From Eledone cirrhosa (lineage: Eukaryota), in contig OZ024744.1 in the NCBI GenBank assembly GCA_964016885.1, positions 21,266,001 to 21,330,000 of the forward strand: 64,000 nt of DNA, read 5' to 3'. The translations under genes and the position numbers were made by a program. Shown piece by piece: positions 24,001 to 39,000 of this stretch (position 1 is its first letter; each line of letters begins with the position of its first letter). The notes under the pieces were generated by a model. That model ran no database searches. It saw only the letters and a program-made list of their open reading frames with translations, and was not told where the DNA came from.

Positions 24001-27000
24001 TCCTCGTTCAATTAATGTTGCTCTCCTCCTCAATTACTGTTGCTCCCCTCTTCAATTGCTGTTGCTCTCCTCTTCCAATTACTGTTGCTCTCCTCGTTCA
24101 ATTACTGTTGCTTTCCTCTTCAATTACTATTTCTCGCCTCTTTCAATTAGTGTTGCTCTCCTCATCAATTACTGTTGCTCTCCTCGTTCAATTACTATTG
24201 CTCTCCTCTTCAATTACTATTCTCTCCTCTTTCAATTACTGTTGCTCTCCTCTTTCAATTACTGTTGCTCTCCTCGTCAAATTACTGTTGCTCTCCTCGT
24301 TCGATTACTGTTGCTCTCCTCGTTCAATTACTGTTGCTCTTCCCTTCAATTACTGTTGTTCTCCTCTTCAATTACTGTTGCTCTCCTCTTCAATTACTAT
24401 TTCTCCTCTTTCAATTACTGTTGCTCTCATCTTCAATTACTGTTGCTCTCCTCGTTCAATTAATGTTGCTCTCATCCTCAATTAATGTGGCTCTCCTCTT
24501 CAATTAATGTTGCTCTCCTCTTCAACTACTGTTGCTCTCCTCTTTCAATTAATGTTGCTCTCCTCCTCAATTACTGTTGCTCTCCTCTTCAACTACTATT
24601 TCTCTCCTCTTTCAATTACTGTTGTTCTCCTCTTCAATTACTGTTGCTCTCCCCATCAATTACTGTTCCTCTCCTCGTTCAATTACTGTTGCTCTCCTCT
24701 TTCAATTACTGTTGCTCTCCTCGTTCAATTACTGTTGCTCTCCTCTTCAATTACTGTTGCTATCCTCGTTCAATTACTGTTGTTCTCCTCATCAATTACT
24801 GTTGCTCTCCTCGTTCAATTACTGTTGCTCTCCTCTTCAATTACTATTCTCTCCTCTTTCAATTACTGTTGCTCTCCTCGTTCAATTACTGTTGCTCTCC
24901 TCTTCAATTACTGTTGCTCTCCTCGTTCAATTAATGTTGCTCTCCTCCTCAATTACTGTTGCTCCCCCCTTCAATTGCTGTTGTCTCCTCTTTCAATTAC
25001 TGTTGCTCTCCTCGTTCAATTACTCTTGCTTTCCCCTTCAATTACTATTTCTCTCCTCTTTCAATTAGTGTTGCTCTCCTCATCAATTACTGTTGCTCTC
25101 CTCGTTCAATTACTGTTACTCTTCTCTTCAATTACTATTCTCTCTTCTTTCGATTACTGTTGCTCTCCTCTTTCAATTACTGTTGCTCTCCTCGTTCAAT
25201 TACTGTTGCTCTCCTCTTCAATTACTATTTATCTCCTTTTACAATTACTGTTGCTCTCCTCTTCAATTACTGTTGCTCTCCTCGTTCAATTACTGTTGCT
25301 CTCCTCATCAATTACTGTTGCTCTCCTCGTTCAATTACTGTTGCTCTCCTCTTCAATTACTATTCTCTCCTCTTTCAATTACTGTTGCTCTCCTCTTTTA
25401 ATTACTGTTGCTCTCCTCTTTCAATTACTGTTGCTCTCCTCGTTCAATTACTGTTGCTCTCCTCTTTTAATTACTGTTGCTCTTCCCTTAAATTACCGTT
25501 GTTCTCCTCGTTCAATTACTGTTGCTCTCCTCTTCAATTACTGTTGCTCTCCTCTTCAATTACTGTTGCTCTCCTCTTCAATTACTATTTCCCTCCTCTT
25601 TCATTTACTGTTGCTCTCCTCGTTCAATTACTGTTGCTCTCCTCTTCAATTCCTGTTGCTCTCCTCTTCAATTACTGTTGCTCTCCTCTTCAATTACTAT
25701 TTCTCTCCTCTTTCAATTACTCTTCTATTACTATTTCTCTCCTCTTTCATTTACTGTTGCTCTCCTCTTTCAATTACTGTTGCTCTCCTCCTCAATTACT
25801 GTTGCTCTCCTCTGCAACTACTCTTTCTCTCCTCTTTTAATTACTGTTGCTCTCCTCTTCAATTACTGTTGCTCTCCTCTTCAATTGCTGTTGCTCTCCA
25901 CTTCAATTACTGTTGCTCTCCTCTTTCAATTTATGTTGCTCTCCTCGTTCAATTACTGTTGCTCTCCTCTTCAATTACTGTTGCTCTCCTCGTTCAATTA
26001 ATGTTGCTCTCCTCCTCAATTACTGTTGCTCCCCTCTTCAATTGCTGTTGTTCTCCTCTTTCAATTACTGTTGCTCTCCTCGTTCAATTACTGTTGCTTT
26101 CCACTTCAATTACTATTTCTCTCCTCTTTCAATTAGTGTTGCTCTCCTCATCAATTACTGTTGCTCTCCTCGTTCAATTACTATTGCTCTCCTCTTCAAT
26201 TACTATTCTCTCCTCTTTCAATTATTGTTGCTCTCCTCTTTCAATTACTGTTGCTCTCCTCGTCAAATTACTGTTGCTCTCCTCGTTCGATCACTGTTGC
26301 TCTCCTCGTTCAATTACTGTTGCTCTTCCCTTCAATTACTGTTGTTCTCCTCTTCAATTATTGTTGCTCTCCTCTTCAATTACTATTTCTCCTCTTTCAA
26401 TTACTGTTGCTCTCATCTTCAATTACTGTTGCTCTCCTCGTTCAATTAATGTTGCTCTCATCCTCAATTAATGTTGCTCTCCTCTTCAATTAATGTTGCT
26501 CTCCTCTTCAACTACTGTTGCTCTCCTCTTTCAATTAATGTTGCTCTCCTCCTCAATTACTGTTGCTCTCCTCTTCAACTACTATTTCTCTCCTCTTTCA
26601 ATTACTGTTGTTCTCCTCTTCAATTACTGTTGCTCTCCCCATCAATTACTGTTCCTCTCCTCGTTCAATTACTGTTGCTCTCCTCTTTCAATTACTGTTG
26701 CTCTCCTCGTTCAATTACTGTTGCTCTCCTCTTCAATTACTGTTGCTCTCCTCGTTCAATTACTCTTGCTCTCCTCCTTCAATTACTGTTGCTCTCCTCT
26801 TCAATTACTATTTCTCTCCTCTTTCAATTACTGTTGCTCTCCTATTCAATTACTGTTGCTATCCTCGTTCAATTACTGTTGCTCTCCTCATCAATTACTG
26901 TTGCTCTCCTCGTTCAATTACTGTTGCTCTCCTCTTCAATTACTATTCTCTCCTCTTTCAATTACTGTTGCTCTCCTCGTTCAATTACTGTTGCTCTCCT

Positions 27001-30000
27001 CGTTCAATTAATGTTGCTCTCCTCCTCAATTACTGTTGCTCCCCTCTTCAATTGCTGTTGCTCTCCTCTTTCAATTACTGTTGCTCTCCTCGTTCAATTA
27101 CTGTTGCTTTCCTCTTCAATTACTATTTCTCTCCTCTTTCAATTAGTGTTGCTCTCCTCATCAATTACTGTTGCTCTCCTCGTTCAATTACTGTTACTCT
27201 CCTCTTCAATTACTATTCTCTCTTCTTTCAATTACTGTTGCTCTCCTCTTTCAATTACTGTTGCTCTCCTCGTTCAATTACTGTTGCTCTCCTCTTCAAT
27301 TACTATTTATCTCCTTTTTCAATTACTGTTGCTCTCCTCTTCAATTACTGTTGCTCTCCTCGTTCAATTACTGTTGCTCTCCTCATCAATTACTGTTGCT
27401 CTCCTCGTTCAATTACTGTTGCTCTCCTCTTCAATTACTATTCTCTCCTCTTTCAATTACTGTTGCTCTCCTCTTTTAATTACTGTTGCTCTCCTCTTTC
27501 AATTACTGTTGCTCTCCTCGTTCAATTACTGTTGCTCTCCTCTTTTAATTACTGTTGCTCTTCCCTTAAATTGCCGTTGTTCTCCTCGTTCAATTACTGT
27601 TGCTCTCCTCTTCAATTACTGTTGCTCTCCTCTTCAATTACTGTTGCTCTCCTCGTTCAATTACTGTTGCTCTCCTCCTCAATTACTGTTGCTCTCCTCT
27701 TTCAATTACTGTTGCTCTCCTCGTTCAATTACTGTTGCTCTCCTCATCAATTACTGTTGCTCTCCTCGTTCAATTACTGTTGCTCTCCTCTTCAATTACT
27801 GTTGCTCTCCTCTTCAATTACTGTTGCTCTCCTCGTTCAATTACTGTTGCTCTCCTTCTCAATTACTGTTGCTCCCCTCTTCAATTTCTGTTGTTCTCCT
27901 CTTTCAATTACTGTTGCTCTCCTCGTTCAATTACTGTTGCTCTCCTCTTCAATTACTATTTATCTCCTCTTTCATTTACTGTTGCTCTCCTCGTTCAATT
28001 ACTGTTGCTCTCCTCCTCAATTACTGTTGCTCTCCTCTTCAATTACTGTTGCTCTCCTCTTTCAATTACTGTTGCTCTCCTCTTCAATTACTGTTGCTCT
28101 CCTCTTCAATTACTGTTGCTCTCTTCTTTCAATTACTGTTGCTCTCCTCCTCAATTACTGTTGCTCTCCTCTTCAACTACTATTTCTCTCCTCTTTCAAT
28201 TACTGTTGCTCTCCTCTTCAATTACTGTTGCTCTCCTCTTCAATTACTGTTGCTCTCCTCTTCAATTATTATTTCTCTCCTCGTTCAATTACTGTTGCTC
28301 TCCTCTTCAATTACTATTTCTCTCCTCTTTCATTTACTGTTGCTCTCCTCGTTCAATTACTGTTGCTCTCCTCTTCAATTACTGTTGCTCTCCTCTTCAA
28401 TTACTGTTGCTCTCCTCTTCAATTACTATTTCTCTCCTCTTTCAATTACTCTTCAATTACTATTTCTCTCCTCTTCAATTACTGTTGCTCTCCTCTTCAA
28501 TTGCTGTTGCTCTCCTCTTCAATTACTGTTGCTCTCCTCTTTCAATTACTGTTGCTCTCCTCGTTCAATTACTGTTGCTTTCCTCTTCAATTACTATTTC
28601 TCTCCTCTTTCAATTAGTGTTGCTCTCCTCATTAATTACTGTTGCTCTCCTCGTTCAATTACTATTGCTCTCCTCTTCAATTACTATTCTCTCCTCTTTC
28701 AATTACTGTTGCTCTCCTCTTTCAATTACTTTTGCTCTCCTCGTCAAATTACTGTTGCTCTGCTCGTTCGATTACTGTTGCTCTCCTCGTTCAATTACTG
28801 TTGCTCTTCCCTTCAATTACTGTTGTTCTCCTCTTCAATTACTGTTGCTCTCCTCTTCAACTACTATTTCTCTCCTCTTTCAATTACTGTTGTTCTCCTC
28901 TTCAATTACTGTTGCTCTCCTCATCAATTACTGTTGCTCTCCTCGTTCAATTACTGTTGCTCTCCTCTTTCAATTACTGTTGCTCTCCTCGTTCAATTAC
29001 TGTTGCTCTCCTCTTCAATTACTGTTGCTCTCCTCGTTCAATTACTGTTGCTCTCCTCTTCAATTACTGTTGCTCTCCTCTTCAATTACTATTTCTCTCC
29101 TCTTTCAATTACTGTTGCTCTCCTCTTCAATTACTGTTGCTATCCTCGTTCAATTACTGTTGCTCTCCTCATCAATTACTGTTGCTCTCCTCGTTCAATT
29201 ACTGTTGCTCTCCTCTTCAATTACTATTCTCTCCTCTTTCAATTACTGTTGCTCTGCTCGTTCAATTACTGTTGCTCTCCTCTTCAATTACTGTTGCTCT
29301 CCTCGTTCAATTAATGTTGCTCTCCTCCTCAATTACTGTTGCTCCCCCCTTCAATTGCTGTTGTCTCCTCTTTCAATTACTGTTGCTCTCCTCGTTCAAT
29401 TAATGTTGCTCTCCTCCTCAATTACTGTTGCTCTCCTCTTCAATTACTATTCTCTCCTCTTTCAATTACTGTTGCTCTGCTCGTTCAATTACTGTTGCTC
29501 TCCTCTTCAATTACTGTTGCTCTCCTCGTTCAATTAATGTTGCTCTCCTCCTCAATTACTGTTGCTCCCCCCTTCAATTGCTGTTGTCTCCTCTTTCAAT
29601 TAGTGTTGCTCTCCTCATCAATTACTGTTGCTCTCCTCGTTCAATTACTGTTGCTCTCCTCTTCAATTACTATTTCTCTCCTCTTTCAATTACTGTTGCT
29701 CTCCTCTTCAATTACTGTTGCTATCCTCGTTCAATTACTGTTGCTCTCCTCATCAATTACTGTTGCTCTCCTCGTTCAATTACTGTTGCTCTCCTCTTCC
29801 ATTACTATTCTCTCCTCTTTCAATTACTGTTGCTCTCCTCGTTCAATTACTGTTGCTCTCCTCTTCAATTACCGTTGCTCTCCTCGTTCAATTAATGTTG
29901 CTCTCCTCCTCAATTACTGTTGCTCCCCTCTTCAATTGCTGTTGCTCTCCTCTTTCAATTACTGTTGCTCTCCTCGTTCAATTACTGTTGTTTCCTCTTC

Positions 30001-33000
30001 AATTACTATTTCTCTCCTCTTTCAATTACTGTTGCTCTCCTCGTTCAATTACTGTTGCTTTCCTCTTCAATTACTATTTCTCTCCTCTTTCAATTAGTGT
30101 TGCTCTCCTCATCAATTACTGTTGCTCTCCTCGTTCAATTACTGTTGCTCTCCTCTTCAATTACTATTTCTCTCCTCTTTCAATTACTGTTGCTCTCCTC
30201 TTCAATTACTGTTGCTATCCTCGTTCAATTACTGTTGCTCTCCTCATCAATTACTGTTGCTCTCCTCGTTCAATTACTGTTGCTCTCCTCTTCCATTACT
30301 ATTCTCTCCTCTTTCAATTACTGTTGCTCTCCTCGTTCAATTACTGTTGCTCTCCTCTTCAATTACTGTTGCTCTCCTCGTTCAATTAATGTTGCTCTCC
30401 TCCTCAAGTACTGTTGCTCCCCTCTTCAATTGCTGTTGCTCTCCTCTTTCAATTACTGTTGCTCTCCTCGTTCAATTACTGTTGTTTCCTCTTCAATTAC
30501 TATTTCTCTCCTCTTTCAATTAGTGTTGCTCTCCTCTTTCAATTACTGTTGCTCTCCTCTTTCAATTACTGTTGCTCTCCTCTTCAATTACTGTTGCTCT
30601 CCTCTTCAATTGCTGTTGCTCTCCTCTTCAATTACTGTTGCTTTCCTCTTCAATTACTATTTCTCTCCTCTTTCAATTAGTGTTGCTCTCCTCATCAATT
30701 ACTGTTGCTCTCCTCGTTCAATTACTATTGCTCTCCTCTTCAATTACTATTCTCTCCTCTTTCAATTACTGTTGCTCTCCTCTTTCAATTACTTTTGCTC
30801 TCCTCGTCAAATTACTGTTGCTCTCCTCGTTCGATTACTGTTGCTCTCCTCGTTCAATTACTGTTGCTCTTCCCTTCAATTACTGTTGTTCTCCTCTTCA
30901 ATTACTGTTGCTCTCCTCTTCAACTACTATTTCTCTCCTCTTTCAATTACTGTTGTTCTCCTCTTCAATTACTGTTGCTCTCCTCTTCAACTACTATTTC
31001 TCTCCTCTTTCAATTACTGTTGTTCTCCTCTTCAATTACTGTTGCTCTCCCCATCAATTACTGTTCCTCTCCTCGTTCAATTACTGTTGCTCTCCTCTTT
31101 CAATTACTGTTGCTCTCCTCGTTCAATTACTGTTGCTCTCCTCTTCAATTACTGTTGCTCTCCTCGTTCAATTACTCTTGCTCTCCTCCTTCAATTACTG
31201 TTGCTCTCCTCTTCAATTACTATTTCTCTCCTCTTTCAATTACTGTTGCTCTCCTATTCAATTACTGTTGCTATCCTCGTTCAATTACTGTTGCTCTCCT
31301 CATCAATTACTGTTGCTCTCCTCGTTCAATTACTGTTGCTCTCCTCTTCAATTACTATTCTCTCCTCTTTCAATTACTGTTGCTCTCCTCGTTCAATTAC
31401 TGTTGCTCTCCTCGTTCAATTAATGTTGCTCTCCTCCTCAATTACTGTTGCTCCCCTCTTCAATTGCTGTTGCTCTCCTCTTTCAATTACTGTTGCTCTC
31501 CTCGTTCAATTACTGTTGCTTTCCTCTTCAATTACTATTTCTCTCCTCTTTCAATTAGTGTTGCTCTCCTCATCAATTACTGTTGCTCTCCTCGTTCAAT
31601 TACTGTTACTCTCCTCTTCAATTACTATTCTCTCTTCTTTCAATTACTGTTGCTCTCCTCTTTCAATTACTGTTGCTCTCCTCGTTCAATTACTGTTGCT
31701 CTCCTCTTCAATTACTATTTATCTCCTTTTTCAATTACTGTTGCTCTCCTCTTCAATTACTGTTGCTCTCCTCGTTCAATTACTGTTGCTCTCCTCATCA
31801 ATTACTGTTGCTCTCCTCGTTCAATTACTGTTGCTCTCCTCTTCAATTACTATTCTCTCCTCTTTCAATTACTGTTGCTCTCCTCTTTTAATTACTGTTG
31901 CTCTCCTCTTTCAATTACTGTTGCTCTCCTCGTTCAATTACTGTTGCTCTCCTCTTCAATTACTGTTGCTCTCCTCTTCAATTACTGTTGCTCTCCTCGT
32001 TCAATTACTGTTGCTCTCCTCCTCAATTACTGTTGATCTCCTCTTTCAATTACTGTTGCTCTCCTCGTTCAATTACTGTTGCTCTCCTCATCAATTACTG
32101 TTGCTCTCCTCGTTCAATTACTGTTGCTCTCCTCTTCAATTACTATTCTCTCCTCTTTCAATTACTGTTGCTCTCCTCTTTCAATTACTCTTGCTCTCCT
32201 CGTTCAATTACTGTTGCTCTCCATGTTCAATTACTGTTGCCCTTCCCTTCAAGTACTGTTGTTCTCCTCGTTCAATTACTGTTGCTCTCCTCTTCAATTA
32301 CTGTTGCTCTCCTCTTCAATTACTGTTGCTCTCCTCGTTCAATTACTGTTGCTCTCCTTCTCAATTACTGTTGCTCCCCTCTTCAATTTCTGTTGTTCTC
32401 CTCTTTCAATTACTGTTGCTCTCCTCGTTCAATTACTGTTGCTCTCATCTTCAATTACTATTTATCTCCTCTTTCATTTACTGTTGCTCTCCTCGTTCAA
32501 TTACTGTTGCTCTCCTCCTCAATTACTGTTGCTCTCCTCTTCAATTACTGTTGCTCTCCTCTTTCAATTATTGTTGCTCTCCTCTTCAATTACTGTTGCT
32601 CTCCTCTTCAATTACTGTTGCTCTCTTCTTTCAATTACTGTTGCTCTCCTCCTCAATTACTGTTGCTCTCCTCTTCAACTACTATTTCTCTCCTCTTTCA
32701 ATTACTGTTGCTCTCCTCTTCAATTACTGTTGCTCTCCTCTTCAATTACTGTTGCTCTCCTCTTCAATTATTATTTCTCTCCTCGTTCAATTACTGTTGC
32801 TCTCCTCTTCAATTACTATTTCTCTCCTCTTTCATTTACTGTTGCTCTCCTCGTTCAATTACTGTTGCTCTCCTCTTCAATTACTGTTGCTCTCATCTTC
32901 AATTACTGTTGCTCTCCTCTTCAATTACTATTTCTCTCCTCTTTCAATTACTCTTCAATTACTATTTCTCTCCTCTTCAATTACTGTTGCTCTCCTCTTC

Positions 33001-36000
33001 AATTACTGTTGCTCTCCTCTTTCAATTACTGTTGCTCTCCTCGTTCAATTACTGTTGCTTTCCTCTTCAATTACTATTTCTCTCCTCTTTCAATTAGTGT
33101 TGCTCTCCTCATTAATTACTGTTGCTCTCCTCGTTCAATTACTATTGCTCTCCTCTTCAATTACTATTCTCTCCTCTTTCAATTACTGTTGCTCTCCTCT
33201 TTCAATTACTTTTGCTCTCCTCGTCAAATTACTGTTGCTCTGCTCGTTCGATTACTGTTGCTCTCCTCGTTCAATTACTGTTGCTCTTCCCTTCAATTAC
33301 TGTTGTTCTCCTCTTCAATTACTGTTGCTCTCCTCTTCAACTACTATTTCTCTCCTCTTTCAATTACTGTTGTTCTCCTCTTCAATTACTGTTGCTCTCC
33401 TCATCAATTACTGTTGCTCTCCTCGTTCAATTACTGTTGCTCTCCTCTTTCAATTACTGTTGCTCTCCTCGTTCAATTACTGTTGCTCTCCTCTTCAATT
33501 ACTGTTGCTCTCCTCGTTCAATTACTGTTGCTCTCCTCTTCAATTACTGTTGCTCTCCTCTTCAATTACTATTTCTCTCCTCTTTCAATTACTGTTGCTC
33601 TCCTCTTCAATTACTGTTGCTATCCTCGTTCAATTACTGTTGCTCTCCTCATCAATTACTGTTGCTCTCCTCGTTCAATTACTGTTGCTCTCCTCTTCAA
33701 TTACTATTCTCTCCTCTTTCAATTACTGTTGCTCTGCTCGTTCAATTACTGTTGCTCTCCTCTTCAATTACTGTTGCTCTCCTCGTTCAATTAATGTTGC
33801 TCTCCTCCTCAATTACTGTTGCTCCCCCCTTCAATTGCTGTTGTCTCCTCTTTCAATTACTGTTGCTCTCCTCGTTCAATTACTGTTGCTTTCCTCTTCA
33901 ATTACTATTTCTCTCCTCTTTCAATTAGTGTTGCTCTCCTCATCAATTACTGTTGCTCTCCTCGTTCAATTACTGTTGCTCTCCTCTTCAATTACTATTT
34001 CTCTCCTCTTTCAATTACTGTTGCTCTCCTCTTCAATTACTGTTGCTATCCTCGTTCAATTACTGTTGCTCTCCTCATCAATTACTGTTGCTCTCCTCGT
34101 TCAATTACTGTTGCTCTCCTCTTCCATTACTATTCTCTCCTCTTTCAATTACTGTTGCTCTCCTCGTTCAATTACTGTTGCTCTCCTCTTCAATTACTGT
34201 TGCTCTCCTCGTTCAATTAATGTTGCTCTCCTCCTCAATTACTGTTGCTCCCCTCTTCAATTGCTGTTGCTCTCCTCTTTCAATTACTGTTGCTCTCCTC
34301 GTTCAATTACTGTTGTTTCCTCTTCAATTACTATTTCTCTCCTCTTTCAATTAGTGTTGCTCTCCTCTTTCAATTACTGTTGCTCTCCTCTTCAATTACT
34401 GTTGCTCTCCTCTTCAATTGCTGTTGCTCTCCTCTTCAATTACTTTTGCTTTCCTCTTCAATTACTATTTCTCTCCTCTTTCAATTAGTGTTGCTCTCCT
34501 CATCAATTACTGTTGCTCTCCTCGTTCAATTACTATTGCTCTCCTCTTCAATTACTATTCTCTCCTCTTTCAATTACTGTTGCTCTCCTCTTTCAATTAC
34601 TTTTGCTCTCCTCGTCAAATTACTGTTGCTCTCCTCGTTCGATTACTGTTGCTCTCCTCGTTCAATTACTGTTGCTCTTCCCTTCAATTACTGTTGTTCT
34701 CCTCTTCAATTACTGTTGCTCTCCTCTTCAACTACTATTTCTCTCCTCTTTCAATTACTGTTGTTCTCCTCTTCAATTACTGTTGCTCTCCTCTTCAAAT
34801 ACTATTTCTCTCCTCTTTCAATTACTGTTGCGCTCCTCTTTCAATTACTTTTGCTCTCCTCGTCAAATTACTGTTGCTCTCCTCGTTCGATTACTGTTGC
34901 TCTCCTCGTTCAATTACTGTTGCTCTTCCCTTCAATTACTGTTGTTCTCCTCTTCAATTACTGTTGCTCTCCTCTTCAACTACTATTTCTCTCCTCTTTC
35001 AATTACTGTTGTTCTCCTCTTCAATTACTGTTGCTCCCCTCTTCAATTGCTGTTGCTCTCCTCTTTCAATTACTGTTGCTCTCCTCGTTCAATTACTGTT
35101 GTTTCCTCTTCAATTACTATTTCTCTCCTCTTTCAATTAGTGTTGCTCTCCTCTTTCAATTACTGTTGCTCTCCTCTTTCAATTACTGTTGCTCTCCTCT
35201 TCAATTACTGTTGCTCTCCTCTTCAATTGCTGTTGCTCTCCTCTTCAATTACTGTTGCTTTCCTCTTCAATTACTATTTCTCTCCTCTTTCAATTAGTGT
35301 TGCTCTCCTCATCAATTACTGTTGCTCTCCTCGTTCAATTACTATTGCTCTCCTCTACAATTACTATTCTCTCCTCTTTCAATTACTGTTGCTCTCCTCT
35401 TTCAATTACTTTTGCTCTCCTCGTCAAATTACTGTTGCTCTCCTCGTTCGATTACTGTTGCTCTCCTCGTTCAATTACTGTTGCTCTTCCCTTCAATTAC
35501 TGTTGTTCTCCTCTTCAATTACTGTTGCTCTCCTCTTCAACTACTATTTCTCTCCTCTTTCAATTACTGTTGTTCTCCTCTTCAATTACTGATGCTCTCC
35601 TCATCAATTACTGTTGCTCTCCTCGTTCAATTACTGTTGCTCTCCTCTTTCAATTACTGTTGCTCTCCTCGTTCAATTACTGTTGCTCTCCTCTTCAATT
35701 ACTGTTGCTCTCCTCGTTCAATTACTGTTGCTCTCATCGTTCAATTACTGTTGCTCTCCTCTTCAATTACTATTTCTCTCCTCTTTCAATTACTGTTGCT
35801 CTCCTCTTCAATTACTGTTGCTATCCTCGTTCAATTACTGTTGCTCTCCTCATCAATTACTGTTGCTCTCCTCGTTCAATTACTGTTGCTCTCCTCTTCA
35901 ATTACTATTCTCTCCTCTTTCAATTACTGTTGCTCTGCTCGTTCAATTACTGTTGCTCTCCTCTTCAATTACTGTTGCTCTCCTCGTTCAATTAATGTTG

Positions 36001-39000
36001 CTCTCCTCCTCAATTACTGTTGCTCCCCCCTTCAATTGCTGTTGTCTCCTCTTTCAATTACTGTTGCTCTCCTCGTTCAATTACTGTTGCTTTCCTCTTC
36101 AATTACTATTTCTCTCCTCTTTCAATTAGTGTTGCTCTCCTCATCAATTACTGTTGCTCTCCTCGTTCAATTACTGTTGCTCTCCTCTTCAATTACTATT
36201 TCTCTCCTCTTTCAATTACTGTTGCTCTCCTCTTCAATTACTGTTGCTATCCTCGTTCAATTACTGTTGCTCTCCTCATCAATTACTGTTGCTCTCCTCG
36301 TTCAATTACTGTTGCTCTCCTCTTCCATTACTATTCTCTCCTCTTTCAATTACTGTTGCTCTCCTCGTTCAATTACTGTTGCTCTCCTCTTCAATTACTG
36401 TTGCTCTCCTCGTTCAATTAATGTTGCTCTCCTCCTCAATTACTGTTGCTCCCCTCTTCAATTGCTGTTGCTCTCCTCTTTCAATTACTGTTGCTCTCCT
36501 CGTTCAATTACTGTTGTTTCCTCTTCAATTACTATTTCTCTCCTCTTTCAATTAGTGTTGCTCTCCTCTTTCAATTACTGTTGCTCTCCTCTTTCAATTA
36601 CTGTTGCTCTCCTCTTCAATTACTGTTGCTCTCCTCTTAAATTGCTGTTGCTCTCCTCTTCAATTACTGTTGCTTTCCTCTTCAATTACTATTTCTCTCC
36701 TCTTTCAATTAGTGTTGCTCTCCTCATCAATTACTGTTGCTCTCCTCGTTCAATTACTATTGCTCTCCTCTTCAATTACTATTCTCTCCTCTTTCAATTA
36801 CTGTTGCTCTCCTCTTTCAATTACTTTTGCTCTCCTCGTTCGATTACTGTTGCTCTCCTCGTTCAATTACTGTTGCTCTTCCCTTCAATTACTGTTGTTC
36901 TCCTCTTCAATTACTGTTGCTCTCCTCTTCAATTACCATTTCTCCTCTTTCAATTACTGTTGCTCTTATCTTCAATTACTGTTGCTCTCCGCGTTCAATT
37001 AATGTTGCTCTCATCCTCAATTAATGTTGCTCTCCTCTTCAATTACTGTTGCTCTCCTCTTCAACTACTGTTGCTCTCCTCTTTCAATTAATGTTGCTCT
37101 CCTCCTCAATTACTGTTGCTCTCCTCTTCAACTACTATTTCTCTCCTCTTTCAATTACTGTTGTTCTCCTCTTCAATTACTGTTGCTCTCCTCATCAATT
37201 ACTGTTGCTCTCCTCGTTCAATTACTGTTGCTCTCCTCTTTCAATTACTGTTGGTCTCCTCGTTCAATTACTGTTGCTCTCCTCTTCAATTACTTTTGCT
37301 CTCCTCGTTCAATTACTGTTGCTCTCCTCGTTCAATTACTGTTGCTCTCCTCTTCAATTACTATTTCTCTCCTCTTTCAATTACTGTTGTTCTCCTCTTC
37401 AATTACTGTTGCTATCCTCGTTCAATTACTGTTGCTCTCCTCATCAATTACTGTTGCTCTCCTCGTTCAATTACTGTTGCTCTCCTCTTCAATTACTATT
37501 CTCTCCTCTTTCAATTACTGTTGCTCTCCTCGTTCAATTACTGTTGCTCTCCTCGTTCAATTACTGTTGCTCTCCTCTTCAATTACTATTTCTCTCCTCT
37601 TTCAATTACTGTTGCTCTCCTCTTTCAATTACTGTTGTTCTCCTCTTCAATTACTATTCTCTCCTCTTTCAATTACTGTTGCTCTCCTCGTTCAATTACT
37701 GTTGCTCTCCTCGTTCAATTACTGTTGCTCTCCTCTTCAATTACTGTTGCTCTCCTCGTTCAATTACTGTTGCTCTCCTCCTTCAATTACTGTTGCTTTC
37801 CTCTTCAATTACTATTTCTCTCCTCTTTCAATTAGTGTTGCTCTCCTCATCAATTACTGTTGCTCTCCTCGTTCAATTACTGTTACTCTCCTCGTTCGAT
37901 TACTGTTGCTCTCCTCGTTCAATTACTGTTGCTCTTCCCTTCAATTACTGTTGTTCTCCTCGTTCAATTACTGTTGCTCTCCTCTTCAATTACTGTTGCT
38001 CTCCTCGTTCAATTACTATTCTCTCCTCTTTCAATTACTGTTGCTCTCCTCGTTCAATTACTGTTGCTCTCGTCTTCAATTACTGTTGCTCTCCTCGTTC
38101 AATTAATGTTGCTCTCCTCCTCAATTACTGTTGCTCCCCTCTTCAATTGCTGTTGCTCTCCTCTTTCAATTACTGTTGCTCTCCTCGTTCAATTACGGTT
38201 GCTTTCCTCTTCAATTACTATTTCTCTCCTCTTTCAATTAGTGTTGCTCTCCTCATCAATTACAGTTGCTCTCCTCGTTCAATTACTGTTACTCTCCTCG
38301 TTCGATTACTGTTGCTCTCCTCGTTCAATTACTGTTGCTCTTCCCTTCAATTACTGTTGTTCTCCTCGTTCAATTACTGTTGCTCTCCTCTTCAATTACT
38401 GTTGCTCTCCTCGTTCAATTACTATTCTCTCCTCTTTCAATTACTGTTGCTCTCCTCGTTCAATTACTGTTGCTCTCCTCTTCAATTACTGTTGCTCTGC
38501 TCGTTCAATTAATGTTGCTCTCCTCCTCAATTACTGTTGCTCCCCTCTTCAATTGCTGTTGCTCTCCTCTTTCAATTACTGTTGCTCTCCTCGTTCAATT
38601 ACTGTTGCTCTCCTCTTCAATTACTGTTGCTCTCCTCTTCAATTACTGTTGCTATCCTCGTTCAATTACTGTTGCTCTCCTCATCAATTACTGTTGCTCT
38701 CCTCGTTCAATTACTGTTGCTCTCCTCTTCAATTACTATTCTCTCCTCTTTCAATTACTGTTGCTCTCCTCGTTCAATTACTGTTGCTCTCCTCTTCAAT
38801 TACTGTTGCTCTCCTCTTCAATTACTGTTGCTCTCCCCGTTTAATTACTGTTGCTCTCATCCTCAATTACTGTTGCTTTCCCCTTCAATTACTATTTCTC
38901 TCCTCTTTCAATTAGTGTTGCTCTCCTCATCAATTACTGTTGCTCTCCTCGTTCAATTACTGTTACTCTCCACTTCAATTACTATTCTCTCCTCTTTCAA

